DNA of 60,802 nucleotides, taken from the NCBI GenBank assembly GCA_903889745.1, contig CAISYO010000327.1:1-60802 (forward strand). The letters are read 5' to 3'. A program made the translations under genes and the position numbers. This DNA comes from an uncultured Bacteroidota bacterium. Lineage in GTDB: Bacteria; Bacteroidota; Bacteroidia; Flavobacteriales; Flavobacteriaceae. Below, piece by piece: positions 1-9,326 of the stretch. Below the pieces are notes generated by a model. The model saw only the letters and a list, made by a program, of their open reading frames with translations, searched no databases and was not told the DNA's origin. Each line of letters begins with the position of its first letter. Position 1 is the first letter of the stretch.

Positions 1-414
1 AGTATTCAAGCTGGGGTTTTAAAAGCTAAATTACCACATCTTGATACTTATAACAAAGCACGCCAAGAAGCCGCTAGAAAATACAGTTTGGCTTTAAGTC
101 AAAACCCAAACATTTGGGCGCCTTTTATTTGTGATTCTTGTGATTGTCACGTATTTCATCAATATGTGATTCGTATCTTAAATGGAAAACGCGATGGATT
201 ATTAGCGCATTTACAAGAAAAAGGAATTCCATGTGCTATTTATTATCCAATTCCATTACATAGTCAAAAAGCGTATGCTGATTCGAGATATAAAGAAGAA
301 GATTTTCCAGTAACGAATCAGTTATGTAAAGAAGTTATTGCCTTGCCTATGCACACGGAATTAGACGATGAACAAATTAAATTTATTACCGACACGGTTT
401 TAGAATATGTATAA
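1..414 (+). CDS. DegT/DnrJ/EryC1/StrS family PLP-dependent sugar aminotransferase, 3' part (truncated by window start)
   Basis: Frame 1 is open from base 1 (SIQAGVLKAKLPHLD...). C-terminal motifs HVFHQY, GIPCAIYYPIPLH and VIALPMH are typical of the family. Lies upstream of galE. Confidence 0.9.
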   Translation, partial: SIQAGVLKAKLPHLDTYNKARQEAARKYSLALSQNPNIWAPFICDSCDCHVFHQYVIRILNGKRDGLLAHLQEKGIPCAIYYPIPLHSQKAYADSRYKEEDFPVTNQLCKEVIALPMHTELDDEQIKFITDTVLEYV

Positions 415-415
415 T

Positions 416-474
416 AGTGTTCAGTCGCAGTATTCAGTCTCAGTTACTGTCTGCTGCGACTGTGACTGAAAACT
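416..474. repeat. Inverted pair of short 6-7 bp CAGT-unit arrays
   Basis: Left arm AGTGTTC AGTCGC AGTATTC AGTCTC AGT; reverse complement of right arm AGTTTTC AGTCAC AGTCGC AGCAGAC AGT. Confidence 0.75.
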
Positions 475-479
475 AAAAT

Positions 480-1496
480 ATGAAGATAGTAGTAACAGGT
501 GGTTTAGGTTTTATAGGTTCGCACACCGTTGTGGAATTACAAAATGAGGGGTTTGAGGTTATTGCAATTGATAATTTATCCAATTCATCTCTAGATGTTT
601 TAGACGGCATCGAACGAATTACCGGTAAAAAACCACAATTTGAAAATCTCGATTTACGTGATAAACTTGCCGTACAGCATTTCTTCAAAGCTAACGAAAA
701 TATTTCTGGAGTAATTCATTTTGCAGCAAGCAAAGCCGTTGGTGAAAGTGTTGAAAATCCGTTGTTGTATTACGAAAACAACCTTAATTCGTTAATTTAT
801 TTACTACAAGAATTACAACAAAAACCTGCAGCTAACTTTATTTTCAGTTCGTCTTGCACTGTTTACGGTCAAGCCGAAAATATGCCCATTACCGAAGATG
901 CATCTATTCAAACCGCTATGTCGCCTTACGGAAACACAAAGCAAATTGGAGAAGAAATCATAAAAGATGTAGCAAAAGTAAGTGCTATTAATGCTATTTT
1001 ATTGCGTTATTTTAATCCGATTGGTGCCCATCAATCGGCTGAAATTGGAGAATTACCTTTAGGTGTGCCTCAAAATTTAGTCCCATTTATTACCCAAACG
1101 GCTATTGGGTTACGTGAAAAATTATCGGTTTTTGGTAACGACTATCCCACTCCAGACGGAACGGCAATAAGAGATTATATTCATGTTGTGGATTTAGCTA
1201 AAGCACATGTTGTTGCTATGCAGCGTTTGTTGAATAAAAAAAATATAGAATCCGTTGAAATATTTAATTTAGGAACTGGAACAGGAAGTTCGGTTTTAGA
1301 AGTCATTCAAGCCTTTGAAAAAGTATCTAATCAAAAACTAAATTACCAAATTGTTGGCAGACGTGAAGGCGATATCACAGAAGCTTATGCCAATACCGAA
1401 AAAGCAAATTCGATTCTTGGTTGGAAAACCGAATTATCACTGGAAGATGCCTTGTCATCGGCTTGGAAATGGGAAAAAAAGATTAGAAATAAGTAA
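480..1496 (+). CDS. galE: UDP-glucose 4-epimerase
   Basis: TGGLGFIGSH Rossmann motif, HFAASKAVGES, YGNTK catalytic YxxxK, LRYFNP, RDYIHV. Confidence 0.96.
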   Translation: MKIVVTGGLGFIGSHTVVELQNEGFEVIAIDNLSNSSLDVLDGIERITGKKPQFENLDLRDKLAVQHFFKANENISGVIHFAASKAVGESVENPLLYYENNLNSLIYLLQELQQKPAANFIFSSSCTVYGQAENMPITEDASIQTAMSPYGNTKQIGEEIIKDVAKVSAINAILLRYFNPIGAHQSAEIGELPLGVPQNLVPFITQTAIGLREKLSVFGNDYPTPDGTAIRDYIHVVDLAKAHVVAMQRLLNKKNIESVEIFNLGTGTGSSVLEVIQAFEKVSNQKLNYQIVGRREGDITEAYANTEKANSILGWKTELSLEDALSSAWKWEKKIRNK

Positions 1497-2295
1497 GCAA
1501 CTTTTGGGCTAACCACCAAAATATTGGAATACTTTCAACCCAAAAACTAGAATAATATTTAGATCGTTTTTCGTTCGAAAAGTATAAAAAACCGGCAATA
1601 ACAAGGACAAAAAACAAATTGAGAAGTAGTATTTCATTTTGAATTACAACATCAATTCCTATAAAGACCATCAAGAGAAAATAACCCAATTTTTTAGTGT
1701 TTGCTATTCCTATTCGTTGTGGTAATGTTTGTAATGCAATGGTATCAAATTGCAAATCAATAATTTCGAAAATACACATCAAAGCATAAATCAAAACAAA
1801 CCGCTGTACAGCTTGCAACACTACTATTTCAGTAATAGTAATCTTTAATGCTACAACCGGAAGTAAAAAAGTAACTAATGTCCAACTCAAGGCTACTAAA
1901 AACACTTTAAATCCGACCCAATTTCGACCAGAACTCAACCAACCAAAAAAAGAAAATCCGTAAAGTAAAGTTATAAATAACGCCAATAGAGCAACAAATT
2001 GCGCATCTATTTCTAATTGAAAATAAAAATAAAGTGCCACTACAAATGCACTCAAACTTAGTAAAAATATAAGTTTAAATTTCTTTGAAATTTGATGTTT
2101 TTTCAGTTTATAAACGCTAAAATATTTAATTACATTATAAGCCGCAATGGTACCAAAAAAACCAAAATAAGCAACATCACAATCATAAGAACTGTTTAAT
2201 GATGTAAAAGTCAGCAAAATAAATGCATAGGCGGCAAACGCAACATGAATGCTACTCGCAATGTAAAAGCCAACTATTTTCTTCAAAAACACCAT
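1483..2295 (-). CDS. Multi-pass membrane protein, UbiA prenyltransferase-like
   Basis: Many hydrophobic helices; FEIIDLQFD...QTLPQRIG resembles the UbiA second Asp-rich motif. Confidence 0.6.
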   Translation of the reverse strand: MVFLKKIVGFYIASSIHVAFAAYAFILLTFTSLNSSYDCDVAYFGFFGTIAAYNVIKYFSVYKLKKHQISKKFKLIFLLSLSAFVVALYFYFQLEIDAQFVALLALFITLLYGFSFFGWLSSGRNWVGFKVFLVALSWTLVTFLLPVVALKITITEIVVLQAVQRFVLIYALMCIFEIIDLQFDTIALQTLPQRIGIANTKKLGYFLLMVFIGIDVVIQNEILLLNLFFVLVIAGFLYFSNEKRSKYYSSFWVESIPIFWWLAQKLLTYF

Positions 2296-2392
2296 TCAAC
2301 AAAAATAATCAATCTGTTAATAAGATATTGATTTAGTTGATAAAATCACAAAAAATCAGTCTTTAAAATAAAAAATTTAAGAGATTAATAAT

Positions 2393-2400
2393 TACTTTTG
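2393..2400 (+). promoter_or_regulatory. Bacteroidetes primary-sigma -7 box upstream of gcvP
   Basis: TACTTTTG matches TAnnTTTG, about 47 bp before the ATG. Confidence 0.55.
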
Positions 2401-2447
2401 TTGTTCAAAACAACACATAAAAAAACACTTATACCTTTTATCAATAA

Positions 2448-5291
2448 ATGAGAACAGATGCATTCGCTTTGAGACATTTAGGTCCACGTGAAACCGACTT
2501 AAATCACATGTTTAAAACCATTGGTGTAGAAAATTTAGACCAATTAATTTTTGAGACGATTCCTAATGATATTCGCTTAAAAAACGACTTAAATTTAGAC
2601 GAACCAATGACTGAATATGAGTATTTAAATCACATTCAAGAGTTAGGAAAGAAAAACAAGATTTTTAAATCGTATATTGGTTTAGGATATCATCCTGCAA
2701 TTGTACCTGCTGTAATTCAACGTAATATCTTTGAAAATCCAGGATGGTACACTGCATATACACCATATCAAGCCGAAATTGCTCAAGGGCGTTTAGAAGC
2801 GATTTTGAATTACCAAACAACCGTTATTGAATTAACTGGAATGGAAATTGCCAATGCCTCTTTACTTGATGAAGGAACGGCTGCAGCCGAAGCAATGGCA
2901 TTGTTATTTGATGTTCGAACAAGAGACCAAAAGAAAAATAACGTTTCTAAATTCTTTGTTTCGGAAGAAATTTTACCGCAAACATTATCCGTTTTACAAA
3001 CACGTTCAACACCACTAAACATAGAATTAGTTGTTGGAAATCATGAAGCTTTTGATTTTTCTTCAGACTTTTTCGGAGCAATCTTACAATATCCAGGTAA
3101 ATATGGCCAAGTATATGATTACAGTGGATTTATTGCAAAAGCTGCAACAAACGAAATCAAAGTAGCTGTTGCTGCTGATATTTTATCGCTTGCAAAATTA
3201 ACGCCTCCAGGTGAAATGGGAGCTGCAGTTGTAGTAGGAACTACGCAACGTTTTGGTATTCCAATGGGTTATGGTGGACCACACGCTGCTTATTTTGCCA
3301 CAAAAGAAGAATACAAACGTTCTATGCCAGGAAGAATCATCGGTGTATCTATTGATATGAACGGAAATCGTGCATTACGAATGGCGTTAGGAACTCGTGA
3401 GCAACATATTAAACGTGAAAAAGCAACTTCAAACATTTGTACGGCTCAAGTTTTATTAGCGGTTATGGCCGGAATGTATGCTGTATTTCACGGACCAAAA
3501 GGCTTACAATATATTGCGAATAAAGTCCATGCTTCTGCTGTTACTACTGCTGATGCTTTAAATAAATTAGGGGTTTACCAAACAAATTCGGCTTTCTTTG
3601 ATACTATTTTAGTTAAAGCAGATGCTATAAAAGTTAAATCAATTGCTGAAAAACACGAAGTAAATTTCTTCTATCCAGATGCTGAAACCATTTCGATTGC
3701 ATTCAATGAAACAACATCAATTGGAGACATCAACCAAATCATCGCTATTTTTGCCGAAGCAACAGGTAAAGAAAGTTTCAAAGTGAATCAATTAGCTACT
3801 GAAGCTATGGTTCCTGCAAACTTAGAACGAAAATCGGCTTTCTTACAATATGATGTATTTAACAATCATCATTCCGAAAGTCAACTGATGCGTTACATTA
3901 AAAAATTAGAACGCAAAGATTTATCGCTGAATCATTCGATGATTTCGTTAGGTTCTTGTACGATGAAATTAAATGCTGCGGCTGAAATGTTGCCTTTATC
4001 GATGGCAAATTGGAACAGCATTCACCCTTTTGCTCCTATTGAACAAGCAGAAGGCTACCAAATAATGTTGAAAAAATTAGAGCATCAATTGAATGTTGTA
4101 ACGGGTTTCCAAGGAACAACACTACAACCCAATTCAGGTGCTCAAGGAGAATATGCTGGTTTAATGGCCATTCGTGCTTATCATTTATCAAGAGGCGATA
4201 ACCACAGAAATGTATGCTTAATTCCAGCTTCGGCTCATGGAACAAATCCTGCATCTGCCGCTATGGCTGGAATGGAAATCATCGTAACAAAAACCATGGA
4301 TAACGGAAATATCGATGTGGAAGATTTAAGAGAAAAAGCAATTCTTCACAAAGAAAATTTATCTGCATTAATGGTAACATATCCATCAACACACGGGGTT
4401 TTTGAAAGTGCAATTATTGAAATTACAAATATCATTCACGAAAACGGTGGATTAGTGTATATGGATGGTGCCAATATGAATGCACAAGTGGGATTAACTA
4501 ATCCAGCAACAATTGGGGCTGATGTTTGTCACTTGAACTTACACAAAACCTTTGCTATTCCTCACGGAGGTGGTGGACCAGGTGTTGGACCAATTTGTGT
4601 GAACGAAAAATTAGTTCCATTCTTACCAACCAATCCAGTTATTCCAACAGGTGGAAGTCAAGCTATCACAGCTATTTCTTCTGCACCTTATGGATCGGCC
4701 TTAGTATGTTTAATCTCTTACGGATACATTACCATGTTAGGAGCAGAAGGCGTTACTAATGCTACTAAATATGCCATTTTAAATGCAAATTATATGAAAG
4801 CGCGTTTAGACGAACATTATCCTGTTTTATATTCGGGAGAAATGGGAAGAGCCGCTCACGAAATGATATTAGACTGTAGAGCATTTGAAGAAAAAGGCAT
4901 CAAAGTAACCGATATTGCAAAACGTTTAATGGATTATGGTTTCCATGCCCCAACAGTTTCTTTCCCGGTAGCAGGTACTTTAATGATTGAACCTACAGAA
5001 TCTGAAGATGTTGCTGAACTAGATAGTTTTTGTGATGCGATGATTGCTATTCGTAAAGAAATTGAAGCTTCTTCTAAAGAGGATGAAAACAACATTTTAA
5101 GAAATGCACCGCATACCTTAGCGATGGTTACGGCTAACGATTGGGTTTTTCCATACACCAGAGAGCAAGCTGCTTATGCACTAGATTATATTGCTGAAAA
5201 TAAATTTTGGCCAACCGTTCGTCGTATTGATGAAGCGTATGGTGATAGAAATTTAGTTTGTTCTTGTGCGCCAATTGAAGCGTATATGTAA
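2448..5291 (+). CDS. gcvP: Glycine dehydrogenase (decarboxylating), glycine cleavage P protein
   Basis: 947 aa; YTPYQAEIAQGRLEA, REKATSNICTAQ, PLP-lysine motif HLNLHKTF, PHGGGGPG. Confidence 0.98.
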   Translation: MRTDAFALRHLGPRETDLNHMFKTIGVENLDQLIFETIPNDIRLKNDLNLDEPMTEYEYLNHIQELGKKNKIFKSYIGLGYHPAIVPAVIQRNIFENPGWYTAYTPYQAEIAQGRLEAILNYQTTVIELTGMEIANASLLDEGTAAAEAMALLFDVRTRDQKKNNVSKFFVSEEILPQTLSVLQTRSTPLNIELVVGNHEAFDFSSDFFGAILQYPGKYGQVYDYSGFIAKAATNEIKVAVAADILSLAKLTPPGEMGAAVVVGTTQRFGIPMGYGGPHAAYFATKEEYKRSMPGRIIGVSIDMNGNRALRMALGTREQHIKREKATSNICTAQVLLAVMAGMYAVFHGPKGLQYIANKVHASAVTTADALNKLGVYQTNSAFFDTILVKADAIKVKSIAEKHEVNFFYPDAETISIAFNETTSIGDINQIIAIFAEATGKESFKVNQLATEAMVPANLERKSAFLQYDVFNNHHSESQLMRYIKKLERKDLSLNHSMISLGSCTMKLNAAAEMLPLSMANWNSIHPFAPIEQAEGYQIMLKKLEHQLNVVTGFQGTTLQPNSGAQGEYAGLMAIRAYHLSRGDNHRNVCLIPASAHGTNPASAAMAGMEIIVTKTMDNGNIDVEDLREKAILHKENLSALMVTYPSTHGVFESAIIEITNIIHENGGLVYMDGANMNAQVGLTNPATIGADVCHLNLHKTFAIPHGGGGPGVGPICVNEKLVPFLPTNPVIPTGGSQAITAISSAPYGSALVCLISYGYITMLGAEGVTNATKYAILNANYMKARLDEHYPVLYSGEMGRAAHEMILDCRAFEEKGIKVTDIAKRLMDYGFHAPTVSFPVAGTLMIEPTESEDVAELDSFCDAMIAIRKEIEASSKEDENNILRNAPHTLAMVTANDWVFPYTREQAAYALDYIAENKFWPTVRRIDEAYGDRNLVCSCAPIEAYM

Positions 5292-5322
5292 TTGAAATTC
5301 CAAAATTAAAATTTCAATATGT

Positions 5323-5357
5323 AAAAGGTTTCAAGTGCAAATTTGAAGCCTTTTTTT
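5323..5357 (+). terminator. Intrinsic terminator after gcvP
   Basis: AAAAGGTTTCAA-loop-TTGAAGCC followed by a T run. Confidence 0.7.
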
Positions 5358-5358
5358 C

Positions 5359-5386
5359 ACCCATTACCCAAGACCTTTTACCTTTT
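5359..5386. repeat. Heptamer tandem array (ACCnnnn x4)
   Basis: ACCCATT ACCCAAG ACCTTTT ACCTTTT just upstream of the globin ATG. Confidence 0.55.
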
Positions 5387-5393
5387 AACCAAA

Positions 5394-5765
5394 ATGAAAG
5401 ACATCGAAACCCGCGAAGATATTTTACTCATTATGCACAAGTTTTATGATAAACTTTTAGCCGATGATGTTATACGTTTTTTCTTTACTCGTATTACATT
5501 TGTAAATGAACACTTAGAAGCGCATTTTGAGATTTTAGCTACCTTTTGGGAACAATCATTATTTTTAAAAGGCGGATATTATAATAATATGTTTTCTATT
5601 CATAAAGAAGTTCATGAAAAATCTGCATTTACAAAAGAACACTATACCATTTGGTTAAACCATTTCAATTCAACAATTGACGCATATTTCGCAGGAAAAA
5701 ATGCCGAACAAATGAAAACGCAAGCCTTAAGCATGGCAACTATTATGCAAATAAAATTTACATAA
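5394..5765 (+). CDS. Group III truncated hemoglobin (2/2 globin)
   Basis: MKDIETREDI start, FYDKLLAD, H..ILATFWEQ, W...F..TID..F.G..A pattern. ATG 5394 preferred over the upstream TTG, which lies in the terminator. Confidence 0.85.
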   Translation: MKDIETREDILLIMHKFYDKLLADDVIRFFFTRITFVNEHLEAHFEILATFWEQSLFLKGGYYNNMFSIHKEVHEKSAFTKEHYTIWLNHFNSTIDAYFAGKNAEQMKTQALSMATIMQIKFT

Positions 5766-5899
5766 TTTAGTCTTAAAAAAAGAGATTTCTCATTTTTTAA
5801 TCGTTTAACTAACAATTTGATAATTAGTACAAATAAAACAAGTGTTTTTCATCTCTGTTAAAAAATAATTAATATTTTCGTTACATTAAATCAACAATT

Positions 5900-6958
5900 A
5901 TGAATATTAAAATAACCGGTTCTGGAAGTTATATCCCTACAGAGAAAGTTTCTAATATAGATTTTGCAAAACATTCCTTCTTGAATGAAGACGGAACACC
6001 GTTTCCACATTCAAATGAAGTTGTGGCAGAAAAATTTTTAGAAATTACAGGGATTCAAGAAAGACGCTATGTAACAGATGATTTATGCACATCTGACATT
6101 GCAATTCTTGCAGCAGAAAAGGCTATTTTAGACGCAAAAATAGATCGAGAAACTATTGACTACATTATTCTGGCTCATAATTTTGGCGATGTTAAAAAAG
6201 GTGCCATTCAATCCGATATTTTACCCAGTTTAGCCTCACGCGTTAAACACGGGTTGAAAATTAAAAATCCGAAATGTGTAGCATATGACATTCTTTTTGG
6301 TTGCCCAGGTTGGGTAGAAGGCGTCATTCAGGCCTACGCATTTATAAAAGCGGGTATGGCAAAAAGATGTTTAGTAATTGGCGCCGAAACCTTGTCAAGA
6401 GTAGTTGATCTTCATGATAGAGATTCGATGATTTATTCTGATGGTGCTGGGGCGACTATTGTTGAATCTTCAGAAGAACCAGGCGGAATTTTATCGCATG
6501 AAACGGCAACTTTTACTTATGATGAAGCCTATTATTTATTCTTTGGAAATTCATTCAATAAAGACCACGACCCAGATGTTCGCTACATAAAAATGCATGG
6601 TCGAAAAATTTATGAATTTGCCTTAACCAATGTGCCAAAGGCAATGGCTTCATGTCTTGAAAAAAGTGGTGTTCCCATCGAAAAAGTTAAAAAAGTGTTG
6701 ATTCATCAAGCCAATGAAAAAATGGACGAAGCTATAATTCATCGCTTTTTTAAACAATACAAACAAACGCCACCCGAAGGTGTTATGCCCATGAGTATTC
6801 ACAAACTAGGCAATTCAAGTGTAGCAACCGTTCCTACCCTATTTGACTTGATGATGAAAGGTGAAATAGAAAATCAAACGTTAGTAAAAGGTGAAGTAAT
6901 TGTGTTTGCTTCTGTGGGAGCAGGAATGAACATCAACGCAATTGTATATCAAATGTAA
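5900..6958 (+). CDS. fabH: 3-oxoacyl-ACP synthase III family protein
   Basis: GSGSYIP, catalytic Cys (FGCPG), His (IHQAN) and Asn (LGNSS); DGAGA; GAGM. Confidence 0.88.
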   Translation: MNIKITGSGSYIPTEKVSNIDFAKHSFLNEDGTPFPHSNEVVAEKFLEITGIQERRYVTDDLCTSDIAILAAEKAILDAKIDRETIDYIILAHNFGDVKKGAIQSDILPSLASRVKHGLKIKNPKCVAYDILFGCPGWVEGVIQAYAFIKAGMAKRCLVIGAETLSRVVDLHDRDSMIYSDGAGATIVESSEEPGGILSHETATFTYDEAYYLFFGNSFNKDHDPDVRYIKMHGRKIYEFALTNVPKAMASCLEKSGVPIEKVKKVLIHQANEKMDEAIIHRFFKQYKQTPPEGVMPMSIHKLGNSSVATVPTLFDLMMKGEIENQTLVKGEVIVFASVGAGMNINAIVYQM

Positions 6959-6966
6959 TTTTTCTA

Positions 6967-7041
6967 GTTTGTTGTTTGTTGTTAATGGTTAATAGTTAAT
7001 TTTGCAAAACCATAAACAATAAACATTAAACTATAAACAGT
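6967..7041. repeat. Inverted pair of heptamer arrays
   Basis: GTTTGTT GTTTGTT GTTAATG GTTAATA GTTAATT, then AAACCAT AAACAAT AAACATT AAACTAT AAACAGT. Confidence 0.8.
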
Positions 7042-7045
7042 AAGA

Positions 7046-7591
7046 ATGTACGAAAAAACATATCCAAGTAAACGATTCAACATTACGTTAGATTTTCTAA
7101 AAAAACACATCAAAACTTCTGAAATTATTTTTGATTTAGGTGTTCCCAACCCATTTTCAAAAATTATGGTAGCTAATGGTTATACTGTCATCAATACTAA
7201 TGGTGAAGATATTGATAGGGATCAATCAGCGCTTCAAAATGAAAATTATGAAGTATTTACTGGTTTTGAAATTTTTGAACATTTATTAAATCCGTTTACT
7301 GTTTTGCAAAATGTAAAAGCCGATAAACTATTAATTTCGATTCCATTACGCCTTTGGTTTTCCCCGGCTTATAGAAGTAAAACCGATATGTGGGACAGGC
7401 ATTATCACGAATTTGAAGATTGGCAACTCGATTGGCTTTTAGAAAAAGCTGGATTCAAAATTGTTGACCGAGTAAAATTCACACATCCCGTTAAAAAAAT
7501 AGGTTTTAGACCGTTATTGAGATGGTTTACGCCAAGATACTATTTGGTTTACGCAGAAAGAAGCCCCCTAACCCCCAAAGGGGGAATATAA
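7046..7591 (+). CDS. Class I SAM-dependent methyltransferase-like protein
   Basis: IFDLG motif I-like, FEIFEHLLNP, HYHEF; C-terminal tail encoded by a GC-rich repeat arm. Confidence 0.7.
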   Translation: MYEKTYPSKRFNITLDFLKKHIKTSEIIFDLGVPNPFSKIMVANGYTVINTNGEDIDRDQSALQNENYEVFTGFEIFEHLLNPFTVLQNVKADKLLISIPLRLWFSPAYRSKTDMWDRHYHEFEDWQLDWLLEKAGFKIVDRVKFTHPVKKIGFRPLLRWFTPRYYLVYAERSPLTPKGGI

Positions 7592-7672
7592 AACGCAAAA
7601 TAAGTTTTATAATGAACAAAACAAATTCAACACAAGGTACTTCCAACTCCCCCTTCGGGGGCTGGGGGGCTT
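7561..7672. repeat. REP/MITE-like element: 27-bp GC-rich inverted repeats with a 58-bp spacer
   Basis: AAGCCCCCTAACCCCCAAAGGGGGAAT (7561-7587) versus reverse complement of 7646-7672 AAGCCCCCCAGCCCCCGAAGGGGGAGT, 23/27 identical; each arm has its own C5-N3-G5 hairpin. Confidence 0.85.
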
Positions 7673-8514
7673 ATTACGTTATCATTCCGGCCTACAACGA
7701 AGAAGCTTTTATGGCTTTGACTTTACAATCATTAGTAGAACAAACCGTTTTACCTTCAAAAATTGTTGTGGTGAATGATAATTCGACCGATAAAACTGCT
7801 GAAATTGTGTTGACTTTCGCCGAAAAACATCCTTTTATAACATTAGTCAATAAAAAATCAGATGCGATTCATTTGCCTGGAAGCAAAGTAATTCAGGCAT
7901 TTCATGAAGGTGAAAAACATATTGACGACCAATATGATATTATTGTAAAAGTTGATGCCGATTTAATTTTTCCAAGTAACTATTTTGAGACCATCATCCA
8001 ACACTTTCAATCTGACGCAACGATTGGAATGGCTGGAGGATTCTGTTATGTTGAAAAAAATGGCGACTGGGTTTTAGAAAATTTAACCGATAAAGATCAT
8101 ATTCGCGGGGCATTAAAAGCCTATCGAAAAGAGGCTTATCAAGAAATAGGCGGACTAAAACCAGCTATGGGTTGGGACACCGTAGACGAATTATTGTGTA
8201 AATTCTACAATTGGAAAATAGTTACTGTTGAACGTTTACAAGTCAAACACTTAAAACCAACAGGTGCTAGTTACAATAAGGCTGCACGTTATAAGCAAGG
8301 AGAAGCCTTTTATAGCTTGGGCTACGGATTCATCATTACAGCCATTTCATCCTTAAAATTAGCGATGAGAAAAGGCAAACCATTGTTATTCATCGACTAC
8401 CTTATGGGCTTTTGGAAAGCAAAAGCTGCAAAAAAACCTTTATTTGTTACTGCTGAACAAGCTCAATTTTTCAGAAACTACCGCTGGAAAAAAATGAAAG
8501 AGAAGTTGTTTTAA
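7612..8514 (+). CDS. Glycosyltransferase family 2
   Basis: IIPAYNEE, VVVNDNSTD, DAD (DxD) motif, GWD. Start placed at ATG 7612; start uncertain. Confidence 0.88.
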   Translation: MNKTNSTQGTSNSPFGGWGAYYVIIPAYNEEAFMALTLQSLVEQTVLPSKIVVVNDNSTDKTAEIVLTFAEKHPFITLVNKKSDAIHLPGSKVIQAFHEGEKHIDDQYDIIVKVDADLIFPSNYFETIIQHFQSDATIGMAGGFCYVEKNGDWVLENLTDKDHIRGALKAYRKEAYQEIGGLKPAMGWDTVDELLCKFYNWKIVTVERLQVKHLKPTGASYNKAARYKQGEAFYSLGYGFIITAISSLKLAMRKGKPLLFIDYLMGFWKAKAAKKPLFVTAEQAQFFRNYRWKKMKEKLF

Positions 8515-8555
8515 ACTTATCCAAAAAAATATAGTATTTTTACACCCTACTAGAA

Positions 8556-8576
8556 ACAGATTACTGAACACTGAAT
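8556..8576. repeat. Short heptamer array
   Basis: ACAGATT ACTGAAC ACTGAAT directly before the mlaE ATG; same family as the 416-474 units. Confidence 0.45.
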
Positions 8577-8579
8577 AAA

Positions 8580-9326
8580 ATGATGCTCGTTCGTTACTTA
8601 TCGCAAATAGGAAAGTATTTTATCATGTTGAAAGAAATTTTCAACAAGCCTACTAAATGGTCGGTGATGAAACAACTAATCCTAAAAGAAATTGATGACC
8701 TCATTATCGGATCATTAGGCATTGTGGCATTTATATCATTTTTCGTAGGTGGCGTAGTTTCAATTCAAACTGCCTTAAATTTAACGAATCCATTAATTCC
8801 AAAATATTTAGTGGGTTTTGCCACACGCCAATCGGTAATTCTAGAATTTGCTCCTACTTTTATTTCGATCATTATGGCCGGTAAAATGGGTTCATTCATT
8901 ACTTCAAGCATTGGTACTATGCGTGTTACTGAACAAATTGATGCTTTAGAAGTAATGGGAGTGAATTCCTTAAATTATTTGGTTTTCCCAAAAATTATCG
9001 CTCTGCTTTTATATCCATTTGTGATTGGCTTAAGTATGTTTTTAGGCGTCTTTGGCGGCTGGATGGCGGCTGTTTATGGAGGTTTTACTAGTAGCCCCGA
9101 ATTTATCACAGGTTTACAAACCGAATTTATTCCGTTTCATATTGCTTATGCTTTTATCAAAACATTCACTTTTGCCTTGCTACTAGCAACCATACCTTCA
9201 TTCCATGGTTATTATATGAAAGGTGGCGCATTAGAAGTGGGACAAGCTAGTACTGTGTCGTTTGTATGGACTTCGGTAGTAATTATATTAATGAATTTTA
9301 TTTTAACACAACTTTTATTAAGCTAA
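8580..9326 (+). CDS. mlaE: MlaE family ABC transporter permease
   Basis: EFAP...AGKMGS...IGTMRVTEQIDALEVMGV signature; GGALEVG. Confidence 0.9.
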   Translation: MMLVRYLSQIGKYFIMLKEIFNKPTKWSVMKQLILKEIDDLIIGSLGIVAFISFFVGGVVSIQTALNLTNPLIPKYLVGFATRQSVILEFAPTFISIIMAGKMGSFITSSIGTMRVTEQIDALEVMGVNSLNYLVFPKIIALLLYPFVIGLSMFLGVFGGWMAAVYGGFTSSPEFITGLQTEFIPFHIAYAFIKTFTFALLLATIPSFHGYYMKGGALEVGQASTVSFVWTSVVIILMNFILTQLLLS

